A stretch of 63,585 nucleotides of DNA, filler included, from Licmophora abbreviata (GCA_900291995.1; 20 parts of 20 records of this genome joined end to end with filler, not necessarily neighbours in it), one strand, 5' to 3'; shown: positions 11,785 through 25,260, numbered from the whole stretch's first letter. The notes: generated by a model not told the origin, from the sequence alone. Numbers and translations: made by a program.

Positions 11785-13416
11785 ATGAGCAACGGCCGCG
11801 GTACTATGTCTCTGTTTGTGTGTGAACTCTCCGGCCAGCCGCTCAACACGGGTAGTGCCGATGATGAGATTGTGGTAACACCTTCCGGCCATGTCTGTCT
11901 GAAGCGTCTGTTATTGAGTAAACTCGCCGACAATGGCGGCGTGGATCCGTTCATGAATGATCAACAGGTACAATTGTCGGAAGATCAGCTCGTGACACTC
12001 CACAAGTGGGGGATCCACTGTTCTCCACCACGCCCCCATGCTACTTCGTTTCCGAATATTCTCTCGCTGCTCCAAACGGAATACGATACTCTTGTGCTTG
12101 AGCTCTTTGATACCCGCAAACTGCTGGAGTCTACCCGACAAGAGCTCTCGCAGGCGTTGTACCAAAACGATGCTGCGACGCGGGTTATTGCGAGAGTCAT
12201 CACCGAGAGGGATGCAGCACGACAGCAGCTATCCGACTGGGAGGCTAGTAGTGGTGGAGGAGCGCCACAGATTGCTACTTCCACAAGGGAAGCGCCGGCG
12301 ACAGAAGAGGAACCACCAGCCAAAAAGCCAAAGTTGACCGACACTGGTCTCTCTGAAGAGCACCTAGCTATCCTAACTAGTACGTGGCAAACTCTTTCTC
12401 AAGAGCGCAAACAGCAGAAGAAAGCCATTGCCGAGCGTACGGTCAGTATCGATACTCTCAAGAATGACTATGCGGACGAGTCATTTCATAGAGCTTGGCA
12501 TAAAGCGCGCGGCAAAGCAGGGGTGCTGCAGATGGCGGTCGTGGCTGGCAGCAGCGATACGCCACCACTCTACACTGTCACGTATGGTCGAGACAAGCAG
12601 ATTGTAGTGTATGATGGTACGACCGAGACTGTCAAACATACCATTGCTACGAACAAAACCATAAAGGGTGGTGTGTCCTGCTTGTCTGCGAATAAGGGTA
12701 TCGTGGTGGCAGGAGACGGAAAAACTGCGACTCTGCATGTCATGAGTATGGAAACTGGAGAATTGATCCAATCACTGGACTTTGAGGATGCCAGTAGTAA
12801 CGTTGTGCACGTCTCGGTGCATCCGAGCGACCAGCACGTCGTGGCGAGTACTAAGGATGGTCGTGTCGTCTTGTGCACTATCGATTCGAGTACGAATGAG
12901 CTATCGGTTCTGACGACGCTCCGCAACGACGATACCACTTACTCGTGCGGCTCCCTACACCCCGATGGCTTGCTGTTCGCGGCCGGTACAAGCACTGGTA
13001 GCATCGACCTGTGGGATTTCAAATCGCAAAAGCTGGCGAGCACGTTGTCCAACCCTGATTCTGAAAAGGATCTTGTTTCGATGGCGTTTTCAAACAATGG
13101 CTATCACTTGGCGGTCGCAAACAGCGATGAGGTCATGGTATGGGACTTGAAAAAACAGAAGCTGTTAACGACGTTGACGAGTAGCGTCGGGACACTTTAT
13201 ACCGTGTCCTTCGATGTCACGGGAAAATACGTCGTCCAGGGGGGAGACGGAGGTGTGCTGGCGACTACGGTCAAGGAATGGGATACGACAATGCGTATTG
13301 GTGACGAAGCTCACGCAGCAAGCAGTATCGTTTGGTGTCAGGACAATACAGTCGTCACTTGTAGCGATAAGGCGCGTCAAGTACGATTCTACGGAGTCAA
13401 GAAGGAAGAAGAGTAG
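11785..13416 (+). CDS. PRP19: Pre-mRNA-processing factor 19 (U-box, coiled coil, WD40)
   Basis: U-box 'CELSG...VVTPSGHV...DPF', Prp19 coiled coil 'TSFPNILSLLQTEYDTLVLELFDTRKLL...ELSQALYQNDAATRVIAR' and WD40 'HPDGLLFAAG...FSNNGYHLA'. Confidence 0.93.
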   Translation: MSNGRGTMSLFVCELSGQPLNTGSADDEIVVTPSGHVCLKRLLLSKLADNGGVDPFMNDQQVQLSEDQLVTLHKWGIHCSPPRPHATSFPNILSLLQTEYDTLVLELFDTRKLLESTRQELSQALYQNDAATRVIARVITERDAARQQLSDWEASSGGGAPQIATSTREAPATEEEPPAKKPKLTDTGLSEEHLAILTSTWQTLSQERKQQKKAIAERTVSIDTLKNDYADESFHRAWHKARGKAGVLQMAVVAGSSDTPPLYTVTYGRDKQIVVYDGTTETVKHTIATNKTIKGGVSCLSANKGIVVAGDGKTATLHVMSMETGELIQSLDFEDASSNVVHVSVHPSDQHVVASTKDGRVVLCTIDSSTNELSVLTTLRNDDTTYSCGSLHPDGLLFAAGTSTGSIDLWDFKSQKLASTLSNPDSEKDLVSMAFSNNGYHLAVANSDEVMVWDLKKQKLLTTLTSSVGTLYTVSFDVTGKYVVQGGDGGVLATTVKEWDTTMRIGDEAHAASSIVWCQDNTVVTCSDKARQVRFYGVKKEEE

Positions 13417-13669
13417 AGGGTCTTTCCGAAATTCATGACAANNNNNNNNNNNNNNNNNNNNNNNNNNNNNNNNNNNNNNNNNNNNTTAATTAATTAANNN
13501 NNNNNNNNNNNNNNNNNNNNNNNNNNNNNNNNNNNNNNNNNACGAACACGAAGTAGTCTATAGGGTTGACATACTGTGCTACGTACTGAAAACAAGAACC
13601 ATATACGCGATGCGGCGAAAAACTCAGTGGCTATCCAGTTAGACCCATTCAAGAACGCATGAACGAGCA

Positions 13670-15417
13670 CTATCGTTGTTTCCCCAAGTCCGCAAGAGCC
13701 ATGTATACTCCGATAGCACCCATGGCGATTCCTAGCCACATGAGCAGCATCGTAAGCGTCGCTTCCAGTTGTACCGATTGTGGTGGGCTGCCCTTGTAGT
13801 GCTGCTGGATGGCCGCCCTGAACATGAGGGTGGGAAACACAAACACAATCGCTGGCAATGACCAAGAGAACAACACCCAAGTGAGCCTAGGCCGATCGTT
13901 TTCATCGACTCGTCCACTTCGAGCGTCGACACGTACCTGTCGCGATGGTACCTCCACCAAGAGCATTGATCAACCCAAGATCGTCAAAGAATACCGCAAT
14001 TGCGGTGACAATGGCAAGCAGCACCACGGTCATGACATTCAATAAATGCGAGGTCTCTCTAGCAGCGGGAATAGGGAGCAAGTCAAACACTCCGTCTCGA
14101 AATCCCATAAAGACGACCGGGTACGTAAAGAGAATCGCAAACGCAATGGCAACGCGGCAGATAGTCGCCAAACCGTCGTTTGTCGAATAGTTGTTGAGAA
14201 TGTAACCATCAGCAGCTGTACCAAATGTCAGAAAGCCAAAAGTTGTCATCGCAACGTAGATGACTCCCGAAATTCCAAATGCATACGACACGACCTTTCC
14301 AAAGCGCGGAACTGTTGCGTTCTCCAACTCGACAATGAATCGCGGGGCGTTGTAATGGGCGACATAGGCTTCAAAGAGCATACATACGAGAACCATTACC
14401 TCTGGGTTCCACGCACCTTTGGCGCCGACCGCTCCAAACTTGGGCTGGAGATGTTCCGGCAGGTCCTACGAAGACACGGGAAGGGAATCGAAATTGAAAA
14501 AAATGAGCAATATAAAGTTTTTGGGCGTTTCTTGGGAGGCCATACGACTCTCAACTTACAACCAGAAAAGCTCCGCTGCGATTTTCGTCGTACGTGCCAT
14601 CAAAGTAGCGCACTCCCATGGCAATAGCAGTGAGAACCATACCAAGCGAGCCCAGAACTGAAAAAGGAGCCAGAACCTTCAAGTTCTTTAGGAGACAAAG
14701 TGGCAAGAGAGCCAGGACCGTAATGGCAAGCAGCACTCCCGTTCGAGTAAAATAGAAACCCATCGTTTCAAAGAGCGACTTGAATGTGTCAGCCAGAATC
14801 ATGCTGTAGGCAAGGTTCGCAAGGGCTGGCTTCAACATGTTCACAGTTGCAACGGCCGCCGAGCCCTTGCTTCCCATGCTGACTTCCCACACTTCTCGAT
14901 AAGTGGCAGCAGAGGTCAGTTTGCACGTCTTGCCGATGAGGAGGAAGTAATATCCAAAGATAACTCCCATTGCGACCGTAAAAAACGCGGCTGGAATAGT
15001 TCCCGATGGAGCGCTTGCAAACGCACCGCTATTAGGACCACAGGGAAACGAGAATCGTGTGAGTACGGCACTTGTCGACAGTCATAGGTCGTTTCTCGGC
15101 AACGATCGAGGCGAAACTTACACTCCACTCGGGAGTGCCAGCACTCCACAGCCCACTAGATTTTTAACCAAATTGGAGATCTGAGATGGAATCGAAGCAT
15201 CCCCTCGAAACTCTCGCACGTCCATGTGCTCGCCTGACGCAGCATACTCTTGGACGACGTCTGGAACCAGGTCGGCCAACGAAGCGACCGAAGCGACCGA
15301 CTCGTCGTCTGCAGTGCTGCTCAGCGGATCATTGCCATTCTCGAGATCCACAACATTCACTGCTCCATAGGAGACGCCCCCGCTGCTGGATAGACGTGCT
15401 TGCTTCGAAGAGGGCAT
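13670..15417 (-). CDS. Amino-acid transporter, AAAP/SLC38 family, multi-exon
   Basis: Motifs 'NLVKNLVGCGVLALPSG', 'LPLCLLKNLKVLAPFS', 'AYVAHYNAPRF', 'GFLTFG...GYILNNY' and 'AIVFVFP'. Pieces are separated by short GT-AG introns. Confidence 0.88.
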
Positions 15418-15763
15418 GATAGAAGGTAAGGGGCTGTTGATTGGTCTATGGCAGCGCTTGTAAACTAGTCGAGAAATGAGAAGCTTCGCGTCTCTCGTCG
15501 TATGCATACAATGTATGTTCCCGCCAATTTTGAAATTTCGTTTTGAGTTGTGCGGAATGCGTGTCACGACTCAACACATCATACTCGTGAATCAGATCGA
15601 CATGGAGTTTTGAGTTCTGCTTCAGCCGACGCGACCTCAGTCTCTTGCCTTGATGCTGGTGCTGGATACGCATAGTTATATTAGCTAGCTCTTCCATGCC
15701 TTTCTTTATTCTATGTCTCTAATCAATTCAACTCTCTCGACACTTTAGCCACCAAGTCGAAGC

Positions 15764-17570
15764 TTAGTTTCCCGTCTTAATGTCCTTCAGCCACGTGCCG
15801 AGGATGTGGGCAATCTCCTTTTGCCCCTGCTGAATGTCGGGCGTGTCATCGTCTCGAGCGTACACTTCGCTGTGGTGGGCACCATTTGGCATGACGATTG
15901 CCAAAATATCATCCGACAAATCCTCCGTCCACGAACCTGCAATCCACATGTCATTTCCACCCGAAGTGAAGAGAATACGAGAGGCCCCGGCGGCGACCAA
16001 ATCGTCGTAGTGCCACTTCTTCACACTTCCTAGAGGATCACCCACAACGCCGAACCGATCGACACAATGCTTGGTCAACCACTCGTACGTCCAGTCGCGA
16101 CGTGGAAACATGGATTCATCCGAGAACCCCATGGCCGGAACCAGTGACACGCAGCATTGAAAGTCCCACATGTAACCTGTCCAAGAAAGAAGAGGCAAGA
16201 GCAGGGTGGAAAGCAACAGTGACGAGGAACGATGTGAGACGCAATCGGCCAAGGATCAAAACCAGCCCAGCATCTTATTTTCATCGTCAATTTCATCAGT
16301 CACACTCACCATCGAGGCCAGGTCCAGAGCCCGACCAGTCTGCGCCGCTTATGGTGGCACCGTTTCCAGAGGAGAGTTGATTGTCCATCTTAAAGCAATC
16401 AACCGACTTGTCTTGCACTTCCAGCTGCTTCCAGAACTCGCGAACCTTACCAAAAGAATCGTTGAACGTATCGTCCTGAAAGACTCGACACAGGTTGGCA
16501 AACCATGTGTTCTTCCCGGGCGGATAGTTGCCAATCATGTTGGCGTCGGCAAAGGTAGACTCAATGACTTGCATCAGCTCTTCCGAAAAAAGATTACTGT
16601 TGTCAATATACTTGGGGATGGATCCTGGACAGACACTGAGTTCAGTTGTGGCAAGAGACACAAAGTCGTTTGAGGAACGAATCGTCTCATCGACTTCCAC
16701 CAAGGCGTGTTTGGTAGCGGCGGCGCATCCAGGGGAAACGCGGTCGGCCACTTGAGTGATGATATCAAAGTATCCGTACTGATCAGCCTGTTGGGCGTAT
16801 AATTTGAGAGGAGCGCTACTGGCGTAGGCGATATCAACATCATCGGGGTAGGCGACTCGCATCAAGGCTGCCAGGTACCCCGGATACGAGCCACCGACAG
16901 TAATTACAGGGCAGTATTTTTTGGAAGATTTTGTGGAACTACAGCCCAGTTTCTCTCTATAATGATTGGCAATGTCGATCATGTCGCGCATGGCCTGCTC
17001 AGGAGTGAGGAGTTCCAAAAGTTGAGGCATCGATGCGTTTTGAACTGGTTGACTAACGCCATAGAAGCGGTGCTCTGGATGGAGCGTGAAGGCACCAAAC
17101 TGCTTTGCCATTACGCGGTCAACGAAAGCATAGAAAAATCCCGGGGGATCGATAGCCCCTTCGCCCCCTATAATTAGGAAAATTGGATGACCGGGGCCCT
17201 TCCAGTGGTGCTTCTTGGCGTAGAATCGCTGACTCCACGTGCCCATGGTCGGATCAAAATGATTGATCTGTTGTTTGAAGAAGAGCTGTCGAAAAGAAGA
17301 TCCCGTCGGACTTTCACTCCCCTCCGAGTAGGCAAGGCTCTTGAGTGGCCTTGACTCATTGGGTGACAGGAGAAGCAGACAGGCGCCAAGGATACAGGTA
17401 CAAGCGATCAAACGCAGGACCGTGGGAAGTCTGAGACTTGCGGTTGATCCGATGGGTGGCTGCAGCGGCGTCTCCCCTTCATCCTTGCGCCCCCCTTGTC
17501 TTTGATCGGCATCATTATCAACGATAATGCTGCCGTAGTAGCGCTGATGCCCAGTACTACTCGTAGTCAT
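15764..17570 (-). CDS. Serine peptidase family S28 (Pro-X carboxypeptidase/DPP7-like) with N-terminal membrane anchor; one intron near 16210-16305
   Basis: Motifs QQINHF, GGEG, EHRFYGVSQP, the nucleophile elbow GGSYPG, AYASSAP and catalytic His in 'NGAHH'. Confidence 0.9.
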
Positions 17571-18027
17571 CGTGGCGATCGGCTCGTTTCGACTGGAGTC
17601 AGTCAGCAGGCAAGCAGACTTCGAACCAGTATACCGGTGCCGATACCTTGAAGTTACTTACTTCAAACTTCGACGTGACACTTTGCCATCAGCGAATGGT
17701 ATCCGTCATTGGCATCAGGGGCGCCAAAATCTGCGGCTATCATCACATCTTCAGATAATCTGCGGCTGAGGGCCAGACTCAGTCATAAGCATGGGGCCTT
17801 TCAGTCAACAGCCAGTCACGAATAAGATGGGAACTTATTCACGACTAAAAAGAGTCACGCTCGTAGAGTTACACGCTCTGTTTTTCTTAAGAAGTTTTCG
17901 ACGAGTCCCAGGTTTCTAGAAGGCAAAACAAGGTTAGGCTCTCATCGGAGAACTAAAATAAGTGTGACTTATTTTTGTTGCCTCTAACGCCCCGAAGCTA
18001 GACTACAGTGTGCGCAATAATTTGAAA

Positions 18028-20444
18028 TCACTCATCGACGTCGCTGGCGGAGGACTCTTCCTCGCTATTTCCAGAGCTACGTTTCCGGGACGCTGCACTT
18101 CTCGTCGCGCCAACAGATTGATCATCCAAAATGCGCACATCGACAACAATGCCGTTCGTCAACTCGCTCATGTGTCGTAAAAGATCGCCCATGTTGCGAA
18201 CAATTAGGCTGTCAGACTTCCAGTCCTTCCCATCCATCGGTATCGCGTACTCCGAGTGCATTACACTCAGAGGCTGAGGGGTGAATGTTGACGGTCTCCA
18301 AAGTATTCCGATTACTTCCGGTGCAAGTGCATTGTAGAAAAAAACAGCCACCGGGCCAAAGCGCACGCGAAGATCATGCACCATCTCCTCAATAGGTCTC
18401 CACCCGTGCTATTTGTCATGAAAGAGCAAACGACAACATTGGATGCTTGCAAAATTTCACAAAACTCAACTACACATAGGACGACACAGTGCCTTACCAG
18501 AACAGAAGAAGCGTCATCCATATTGAGGTTTCGATACAGCTTCCGACGGAGTAGCGGTGGACCCAACGACCTCTGTCGCATACTTCTATTGTACGAGCTC
18601 TCAATGGTGTCGTCTTCCTGTGTTGACCGTAACGGGCTGTGAGTCCCAGTCGATGAGCATTCCGAATCCACGACAAAAGCCGGATCAACTCGGAGAAGGG
18701 CGCTATACGACTTCAGAGACTCGCTGGACTCGCGAAAAACAGCAGACCAGTCCACCTGTTCGCCAGTGTGCTCGAGGCATCTCATCAAGTGATCATACGA
18801 GCGTTTGGCCAACAAAGAGGCTCGCTTTAGCACCATCCATTCCGGTGTGTTCTGTGTGAAAGTCGGAACCCAGACGCGAGAATCCGCCTTTGAGCTCTTG
18901 CCTCCATCGTCCGTCTCTATCTGACTCTGACCATTTCGTTTCATACCATCTTCGTCTTGGAAATCGTTGGGTGAAACAATGTACATTGGAGGACCATTCC
19001 GATTGTCTGGACCTCGCGCGCGCTCAAACTGCGAAGCAATTAGGGATAGATCATCTTCGTCGATGTGACCCTGCGGATCGACAACGAGCGGGTACCTGAA
19101 TGGTGGTGGAACCGAACGACAATACGACAAACGAATGGTTAGCAATCTGGCACGTGCAAGTTAGAAGAGAATGATTCCCAACGTAATTCAAGACATACCT
19201 AGCCCACTCATGAGATGAAAGTAAATACAAGAACCGCATGAAGCCGGATGTCGTTGTCGTGGGAGCCCCCAGCGGCATCTCGCCATCCGAGTAGACTTTT
19301 GCTACCAAAAGCTCAATCGCCTCTGATGGTACAAGACCCGACAGCATGTGCGCGGCAACCCATCTCTTTGATAGTCGAGTAACACTACCGGCTGAAGGGT
19401 GCAGCGTGTGGACAGCGTGGATAGTTGAATGGTGCATGGCCCGTACGACGTGTTCTTGGTGCAAGAGCTACGATATTCGCAATGATTCACAAGACAGAAT
19501 TGTAAGTACAATGGATCACGTACGGCAATGTCACTGGATAGGAAGATACACTCACATTAAGCAACGACATAGCCTCCGAGCTCGGATTTTGCAATTTCCT
19601 CAGCATGTGAAGTTCTGGATCAGCACGTACAACGACACGCCATGAATATCCCTTGTAGCCAAAATCCATATAGGTGGGCGTCACCTGAACTGGCCCTTCG
19701 AAGTCGTCGCTCTCGTTCCCAGTCCGTTTCATCTCATCGAGCCCGTCGGCCAGCTGAATCAACATGGCCGTCTTTGCAGCTCCCATCGCCCTCAGGTCCG
19801 TTGGCCACTTGGAAGAGAGGCCAAACCGAATCTGCAACAGAATCGGCCGAAACACTATTGCACCCGCTAACTTTTTCGTGCCGGGAGTGCGGGTTCCTCC
19901 AAGATGGGCATGTGGGACCGGTGGAAATAGCTCAGAATACCGAAGAACTGGGGATAAAGGTTCCACTGCGTCAATCGGGAGAGGTAGCCCTAGGCGAGAT
20001 ACTTTGCTATCCCCAGATCCTGCTACTGACATCACTAGGGCGCTGTGTTTCCTTAGGAAGTCAGAAAGCGAGTCAAAGGCGGTCATGGCGTTCCGATGCG
20101 CCAGAGCTGAGCTACGAAGGATTCGATTTTCTGAGCTCGTTTCTGCCACTCCATCGACCAACGATAAGATGTCTCGCAGCAAAAATCGAGGGAGCGACCG
20201 CTTAGCCTTCAAAAAGTGCAAGGTCAGAATATGTCTAACCACCCTTTCCGCAATACAGCCTTGAGTCTTGTCGTCCCCTTCAAACGGACTATACTTCTCA
20301 TCAGGCTTTGGTGTCGTCCAGACAGCTGCATGAACAATAGCTCCGTCCTTGAAGCGCCGTAGCTCAGCTTTTTGAGGTCCCCACAGGCCCACGAACGCCT
20401 TGGTCGCCTCGGTGTTATCTGCCGGAGGACCACGGTCCACTAGA
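18028..20444 (-). CDS. UTP22: Nrap/Utp22 (NOL6) nucleolar protein, 3' part, multi-exon
   Basis: Motifs 'DRGPPAD...FVGLWG.KAELRRFKDGAIVHA', 'SSKWPTDLRA...KTA' and 'RLSKRWVAAHMLS...EAIELLVA'. Confidence 0.85.
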
Positions 20445-20544
20445 NNNNNNNNNNNNNNNNNNNNNNNNNNNNNNNNNNNNNNNNNNNNTTAATTAATTAA
20501 NNNNNNNNNNNNNNNNNNNNNNNNNNNNNNNNNNNNNNNNNNNN

Positions 20545-22195
20545 CGTCACCGTGGCAGTCTGCAAACACTGAACAGTCGTCCGCGCTGAATGTTGCACCA
20601 CCCGCAAGTACGCAGGTGAGACGCGGCCCAAGTAATTGACTGACATGGTTGGGTCCAAAAAGACTGGACCATCGGTAAACTCCTTGTAGCATTGGAGCAA
20701 GGTAGATGGGTCGTGGTCGGAGATGGGACTGTGCTTGACTTGCTCCGCGTATAGGCGTGCCTGCTCGCATTGAGCAATTGTCTGCACTTCGTTTAGGCCC
20801 TCTTCTGGCAGTACCAACGCTGTCCGCTTGGTCATTGATCGCGTTGATGCAACATCGACACGCGTATCGCTCGGACTGTGACGCAGCAAATTACTGCTGA
20901 CTCCCCGTGCCGACGAGTGTGTCTTGTTCTTTTTAGTTTTCTCTCCCAACAAGTCAGTTTCCGCCAAGAACTTCATTGCGACAGTAAAGACTTGCAGCGG
21001 CGCCATGCGTGGCGTTACGCGTTTCGTCCGAAACAAGTATACCAGCAGGAGTGATAAGGTTGTCGTGGTGAATGTGTCGTGCCCGCGCAGCAATCCCCTC
21101 TGCAAGCACCAGACTTTTAGTAGTATCAACGAGTCCGTGAAATGCGAGTGCGCCCCACTCACGAGCTCTTCCCATTCAAAGTGAAAATGCCCCGTCGTCG
21201 CATTCTGGAACAAGCCTCGACCAGTTGGAGAGTCCATCACCAAATCGCAATTGTACACGGGAGTCTGTTGTGACGATGAGCCCAAATTGGTACGATTCGG
21301 AAAGAGCCGGGTGCGCGGAATCCACTGGTGCGATTCCATGGCGATCGACAATTGCACTCGAAATTTTAACTTGCGAGGCAATCTTGCTGCACTCGAGCTG
21401 CTCTCCTCTTTCTGGTGTTTTCGTTTCTTCTTTTTCGTCGCATTCTTCGAATCGGCACTCGTCGGGGGAGTCAGGAGTATACAAGGGGTTCGTTCGTTGC
21501 CATTGCTATAGTACCACTCAACAGTACCAACCGATGACTGAAATTTTTCCTGCGATAAGTATAGCACAACTTCCCACAGAAGCAGGTTTCGTTTCTACAG
21601 GATGAGAGGAACAAGGACAAGCAAAGTGAGCTCTATCCAGGCGACGGACATACAAGTTTCTGGCGCCCAGCGCTACACTCACGTCAAAGTATCGATGGTG
21701 CAAGTAGTCCTTGGTCTGAAAAAAGTCTTTCCTGATAAGTAGTGTGCACTCGAGCGTTGGAAGCACTTGGGCGTTCCCTGACTTGGTGGTGAGACCGATA
21801 GTATGAGCGGCAGAGAATAGCGACGGAGCAAATACTAACGGCATCTTGTCGTGGCCATCGTTCAGCTCCAAAGACGTGATCTTGTCTGACTGGGATCGAA
21901 ACGGACAAGGCACAGTACTGCTTCTGACATTCATGTCGTGCAATAGTTGTTCCAGTGAGCGAATGTAGTTCTGCGCCGCCTTGCCCCATGACACGGGCGA
22001 GTGGGACGTGTTGCTCAGATCGCATCTACATTCCTGAAGGAGCTCGTCGACTTCGAGTCTCAGTACATTCGAGCGGTGAAGTTCCACGATAGGTGCTTCC
22101 ACTTGCGATAAGAACTCAGCGTCAGCATGAAGATCGTTGTGAATGGTGTTGCGTCGGCTCATGTTTGATGTTACCATGTCATGGTTTGCAATCAT
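20545..22195 (-). CDS. UTP22: Nrap/Utp22 (NOL6), 5' part of the same gene, across the spacer
   Basis: Motifs 'SNVLRLEVDELL', 'FQTKDYLHHRYFD|KRN', 'TPVYN', 'LLKVWCLQRG' and 'VFLDPTMSVNYL'. Intron near 21597-21681. Confidence 0.82.
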
Positions 22196-22697
22196 GATTC
22201 GACACAGTGAATTTGAGATTTGGATGTTTTGTTTGGCGCCAAATTTTCGTGGCTGTCGAACTCTCAATATTTCGTAGAGCTCGTACCTCGTATTTGGGTT
22301 ATGAGATTGAATCAATACTCGTACAGGTCTGGCAAGGGGAAAACAGACTACTTGTAATAGCTGGCAGAGTGTGATTTATGATTGACCTAATTGCACTTCA
22401 AATAGAACAGATTGCCTACTTCGCTGTACAGTGACAACATCTGGCTCTTGATTCACGTGTTCGTCCTGGTCGCTCTTCAAAAAAACCTCGCTTATACTTA
22501 CTTTCCTCCAAAAGAAAACCAAGATCCTGTCGACGACGACTCGTCCGTACTGCCAGCTCCACTCTCATCTGTCGAAAAGGTCGTTTCCGTCGAAAATNNN
22601 NNNNNNNNNNNNNNNNNNNNNNNNNNNNNNNNNNNNNNNNNTTAATTAATTAANNNNNNNNNNNNNNNNNNNNNNNNNNNNNNNNNNNNNNNNNNNN

Positions 22698-23341
22698 CCA
22701 CTGGGCGGCGCCGTCGTCTCCGCTGGCGCACACCTCCAATAGCGCCCATCCTACTCATGAGTCCTCCTACCGTCGGCGGCGCCGTCACGTCTTGCTGCAT
22801 TGCCATTTCGTAGTCTTCCGCCGTGGGCACCGGAGGAGCCATCATTTTCGTAAACATGATGCCCATACCCTCAATGAGTGCCAGCAAGACGCCGCCCACG
22901 ACTGCAGCACTGGCCATGGCACGGGGTCCCGCGCGGGCTGCCAAGACGCCGCCCGTGGCGGCGCCCGAGACAATGGAGTTCCAAGGATCTTCCTATGAGA
23001 TGAAAGACAGAATGAGATGCGTGAGAGCTGAGCTCAGTTTTTCAGAACGACAAGTTGCCTCCGTTTCAATCTCGTACCTTTTGACGAATGGCAGTAAGAG
23101 TACAATCACAGCAGGCGAAGAGGCCTCCCCAGACAGCAAACTGGCCTCCCAACACAGGCGATCGCGCTTGTACCGCACTGATGGACCCCATCAGTCTGGC
23201 CCCGGCCGGAGCCATCCTCGCGCCTTTCACTGAGTGCCAAATTCCACCGCCGATACACCCCATACTGAATGCCCCTCCCACATCATCGACAATGCGCCAA
23301 GGACACGGTTCCCGGTCGGCCATTCCACTTTGACGTGGCAT
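22698..23341 (-). CDS. TIM17: Mitochondrial inner-membrane translocase subunit Tim17, 3'-truncated; intron 22993-23077
   Basis: '[19 protein letters not shown]...[11 protein letters not shown]...[26 protein letters not shown]...[10 protein letters not shown]'. Confidence 0.95.
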
Positions 23342-23815
23342 GGTGTTTTAGTAGTTTGCGTTGCTGTGTTGCGATCTATGCGTCCGGTGAAGCAATTCTT
23401 GCGCCTCACTGACTACTGACTGTCTTTCTGGTCTGAGAGGGAGGCAGGGGAGAAGGAATGAAGAGTACGCAAGAAAGGCTTCGACGGTTTGTTGCTCATG
23501 GTCGAATGAGCCTTCGTGTGTTGGTGACGCGGAAAGCGCGCAGGTTGAATGTGGATGGCGTGGCGCGCCATTTTCTGACCGTCCACCGTCGGTTGGGAGA
23601 CGCACGGACCGCGGGACGATGGTCGTTTCGACGCTAGTCTACAGGATGTCGTGCATTAAACATACAAGTACAAAACCGAACCAGCAGAGCTAGTATGCCA
23701 TCTCCGCTTGGGCTATAGCTTGGATAGTAGTAATCTTGTTCTTTAGAGAAAATTTGGCTACTGCTCCAGTCCAATACGGCTGCTGCCTCGTTCACGACGC
23801 TCGCTTCTAAGTTCT

Positions 23816-24787
23816 TTATCCCATCGCCTTGAGCTGCTGGACAGTCCTGTTGAGACGATGCTGCATCATGTTACACAGTTCCCAGTTGGACTTTCCGACC
23901 TTGTTGTATGACATGGAAAGGACAGTCTTGATATCCTGCAAAGCAAAACGATAGCGCTCCACTCCCTCAAAGGCTTGGGCACGACGAATGAGAGCCTTGA
24001 TGTTTTCCGGCTCTACTTCCAAGACTGCAGTACAATCCGAAATGGTAGCGTCAAAGTTCGAGATCTGCTTGTAGCAGGCTGCGCGGTTCGAGAACGCCTT
24101 GAGAGCCAATTCCGACTCCCCCTTACCATTCTTGACAAGCGCATCGATGCACTTGGTGTAGTGCTCAATAGCGACCTCAAAGTTAGCCGCCTTGTAGGCC
24201 TCGTCGCCTCGTTCCTTGTGCAGCTCCGTACTTGAGAGGGAGCCTTTGCGACGCGCTTCCATCTGCTCGTATTTCGGCTTGACTTTGCCCATGAGGGACG
24301 TAATGCTCGGGTTTCCAGCATCCAATCGCAAGGCAAGTTCGAGTGTCTTGTAAGCACCACTCACATCCCCATTCTGCAGTTGTTCCTCTGCCTTGGTACA
24401 GTAGCCAGCCACCTGGTCCGCTCGTTGCAACTCTTGAATATCCTTCTTCATTTTCTTGAGATCCGGATTGGTCGACTGCACCGCGAGTCCGCTCTCGAGC
24501 GTCTTGACGCATCCCGGCAAGTCACCCAATGCTTTCTGCGCGGTGGCGAGCCGAAAGTATCCCTTGACAAAGTTGCGATCCGCCTTGATGCAGTTTCGAG
24601 CAGCGTCTTCCATTTCTTCGTATTTACTAATCTTTTCGTAACACGCTGCCATGTTGGACCAGTAGGCAGGGATGGAGGGATCTAGCTTGGTGGCTTCCTT
24701 GTACTTCTCAATGGCGGCCTCGAACTTGCCGGCCTTGAAGTGGGCGTTTCCCTCGCCCTTGAGCTTTTCGGCTTGTGCGTGAGGCAT
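23816..24787 (-). CDS. Two-TPR-domain co-chaperone (STI1/HOP-like, no obvious DP domains)
   Basis: Carboxylate-clamp TPR motifs 'KGEGNAHFK...YWSNMAACY...KGYFR' and 'KERGDEAYK...FSNRAACY...KALIRRAQAFE'. Likely start is MPHAQ at 24787. Confidence 0.85.
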   Translation of the reverse strand: MPHAQAEKLKGEGNAHFKAGKFEAAIEKYKEATKLDPSIPAYWSNMAACYEKISKYEEMEDAARNCIKADRNFVKGYFRLATAQKALGDLPGCVKTLESGLAVQSTNPDLKKMKKDIQELQRADQVAGYCTKAEEQLQNGDVSGAYKTLELALRLDAGNPSITSLMGKVKPKYEQMEARRKGSLSSTELHKERGDEAYKAANFEVAIEHYTKCIDALVKNGKGESELALKAFSNRAACYKQISNFDATISDCTAVLEVEPENIKALIRRAQAFEGVERYRFALQDIKTVLSMSYNKVGKSNWELCNMMQHRLNRTVQQLKAMG

Positions 24788-25218
24788 GATTGTAGTGCGA
24801 GCGAGAGACTCTGAAACGAATAAAAGGGCACTAAGGGTTCGAGCAACAGGCGGCAAAGAGTGGCCAAAGCAGCAAAGGAGCAGCAGTGTGTGGTGTTGTT
24901 GTTCAGGTTGTGGTTGGTGAGAACGAAACCTGAAAAAATGACTAAAATTAGCGTATGTTTTGTGCTGAGGGCTACGTGGACAAAACTGGACCACAAAAAG
25001 TTGGGCGGGGCGCGACTCGAAACTCTCTCTCTCTCTCTTCGAAAGGCTTCGGCACTTGTTTTCTACCAAATTTCTACGTCAGTTGAGCACTGGAAGGATA
25101 ACCAGCTCCGAGCTCTAGGGTCGTTTATTCATTGTAAAACCTCGTGATGTATTCAAGTGGTCTTTGGCGGGAAAAAGCGACAACTTCTGAAACTTGAAAC
25201 CGCCGATGCGACCGTTTA

Positions 25219-25260
25219 CCACGATGGCGCCACGATGGAGCCACGATGGCGCCACGATGC
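25219..25260. repeat. 11-bp tandem repeat CCACGATGG(C/A)G x~3.8
   Basis: Units at 25219, 25230, 25241 and 25252. Confidence 0.85.
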
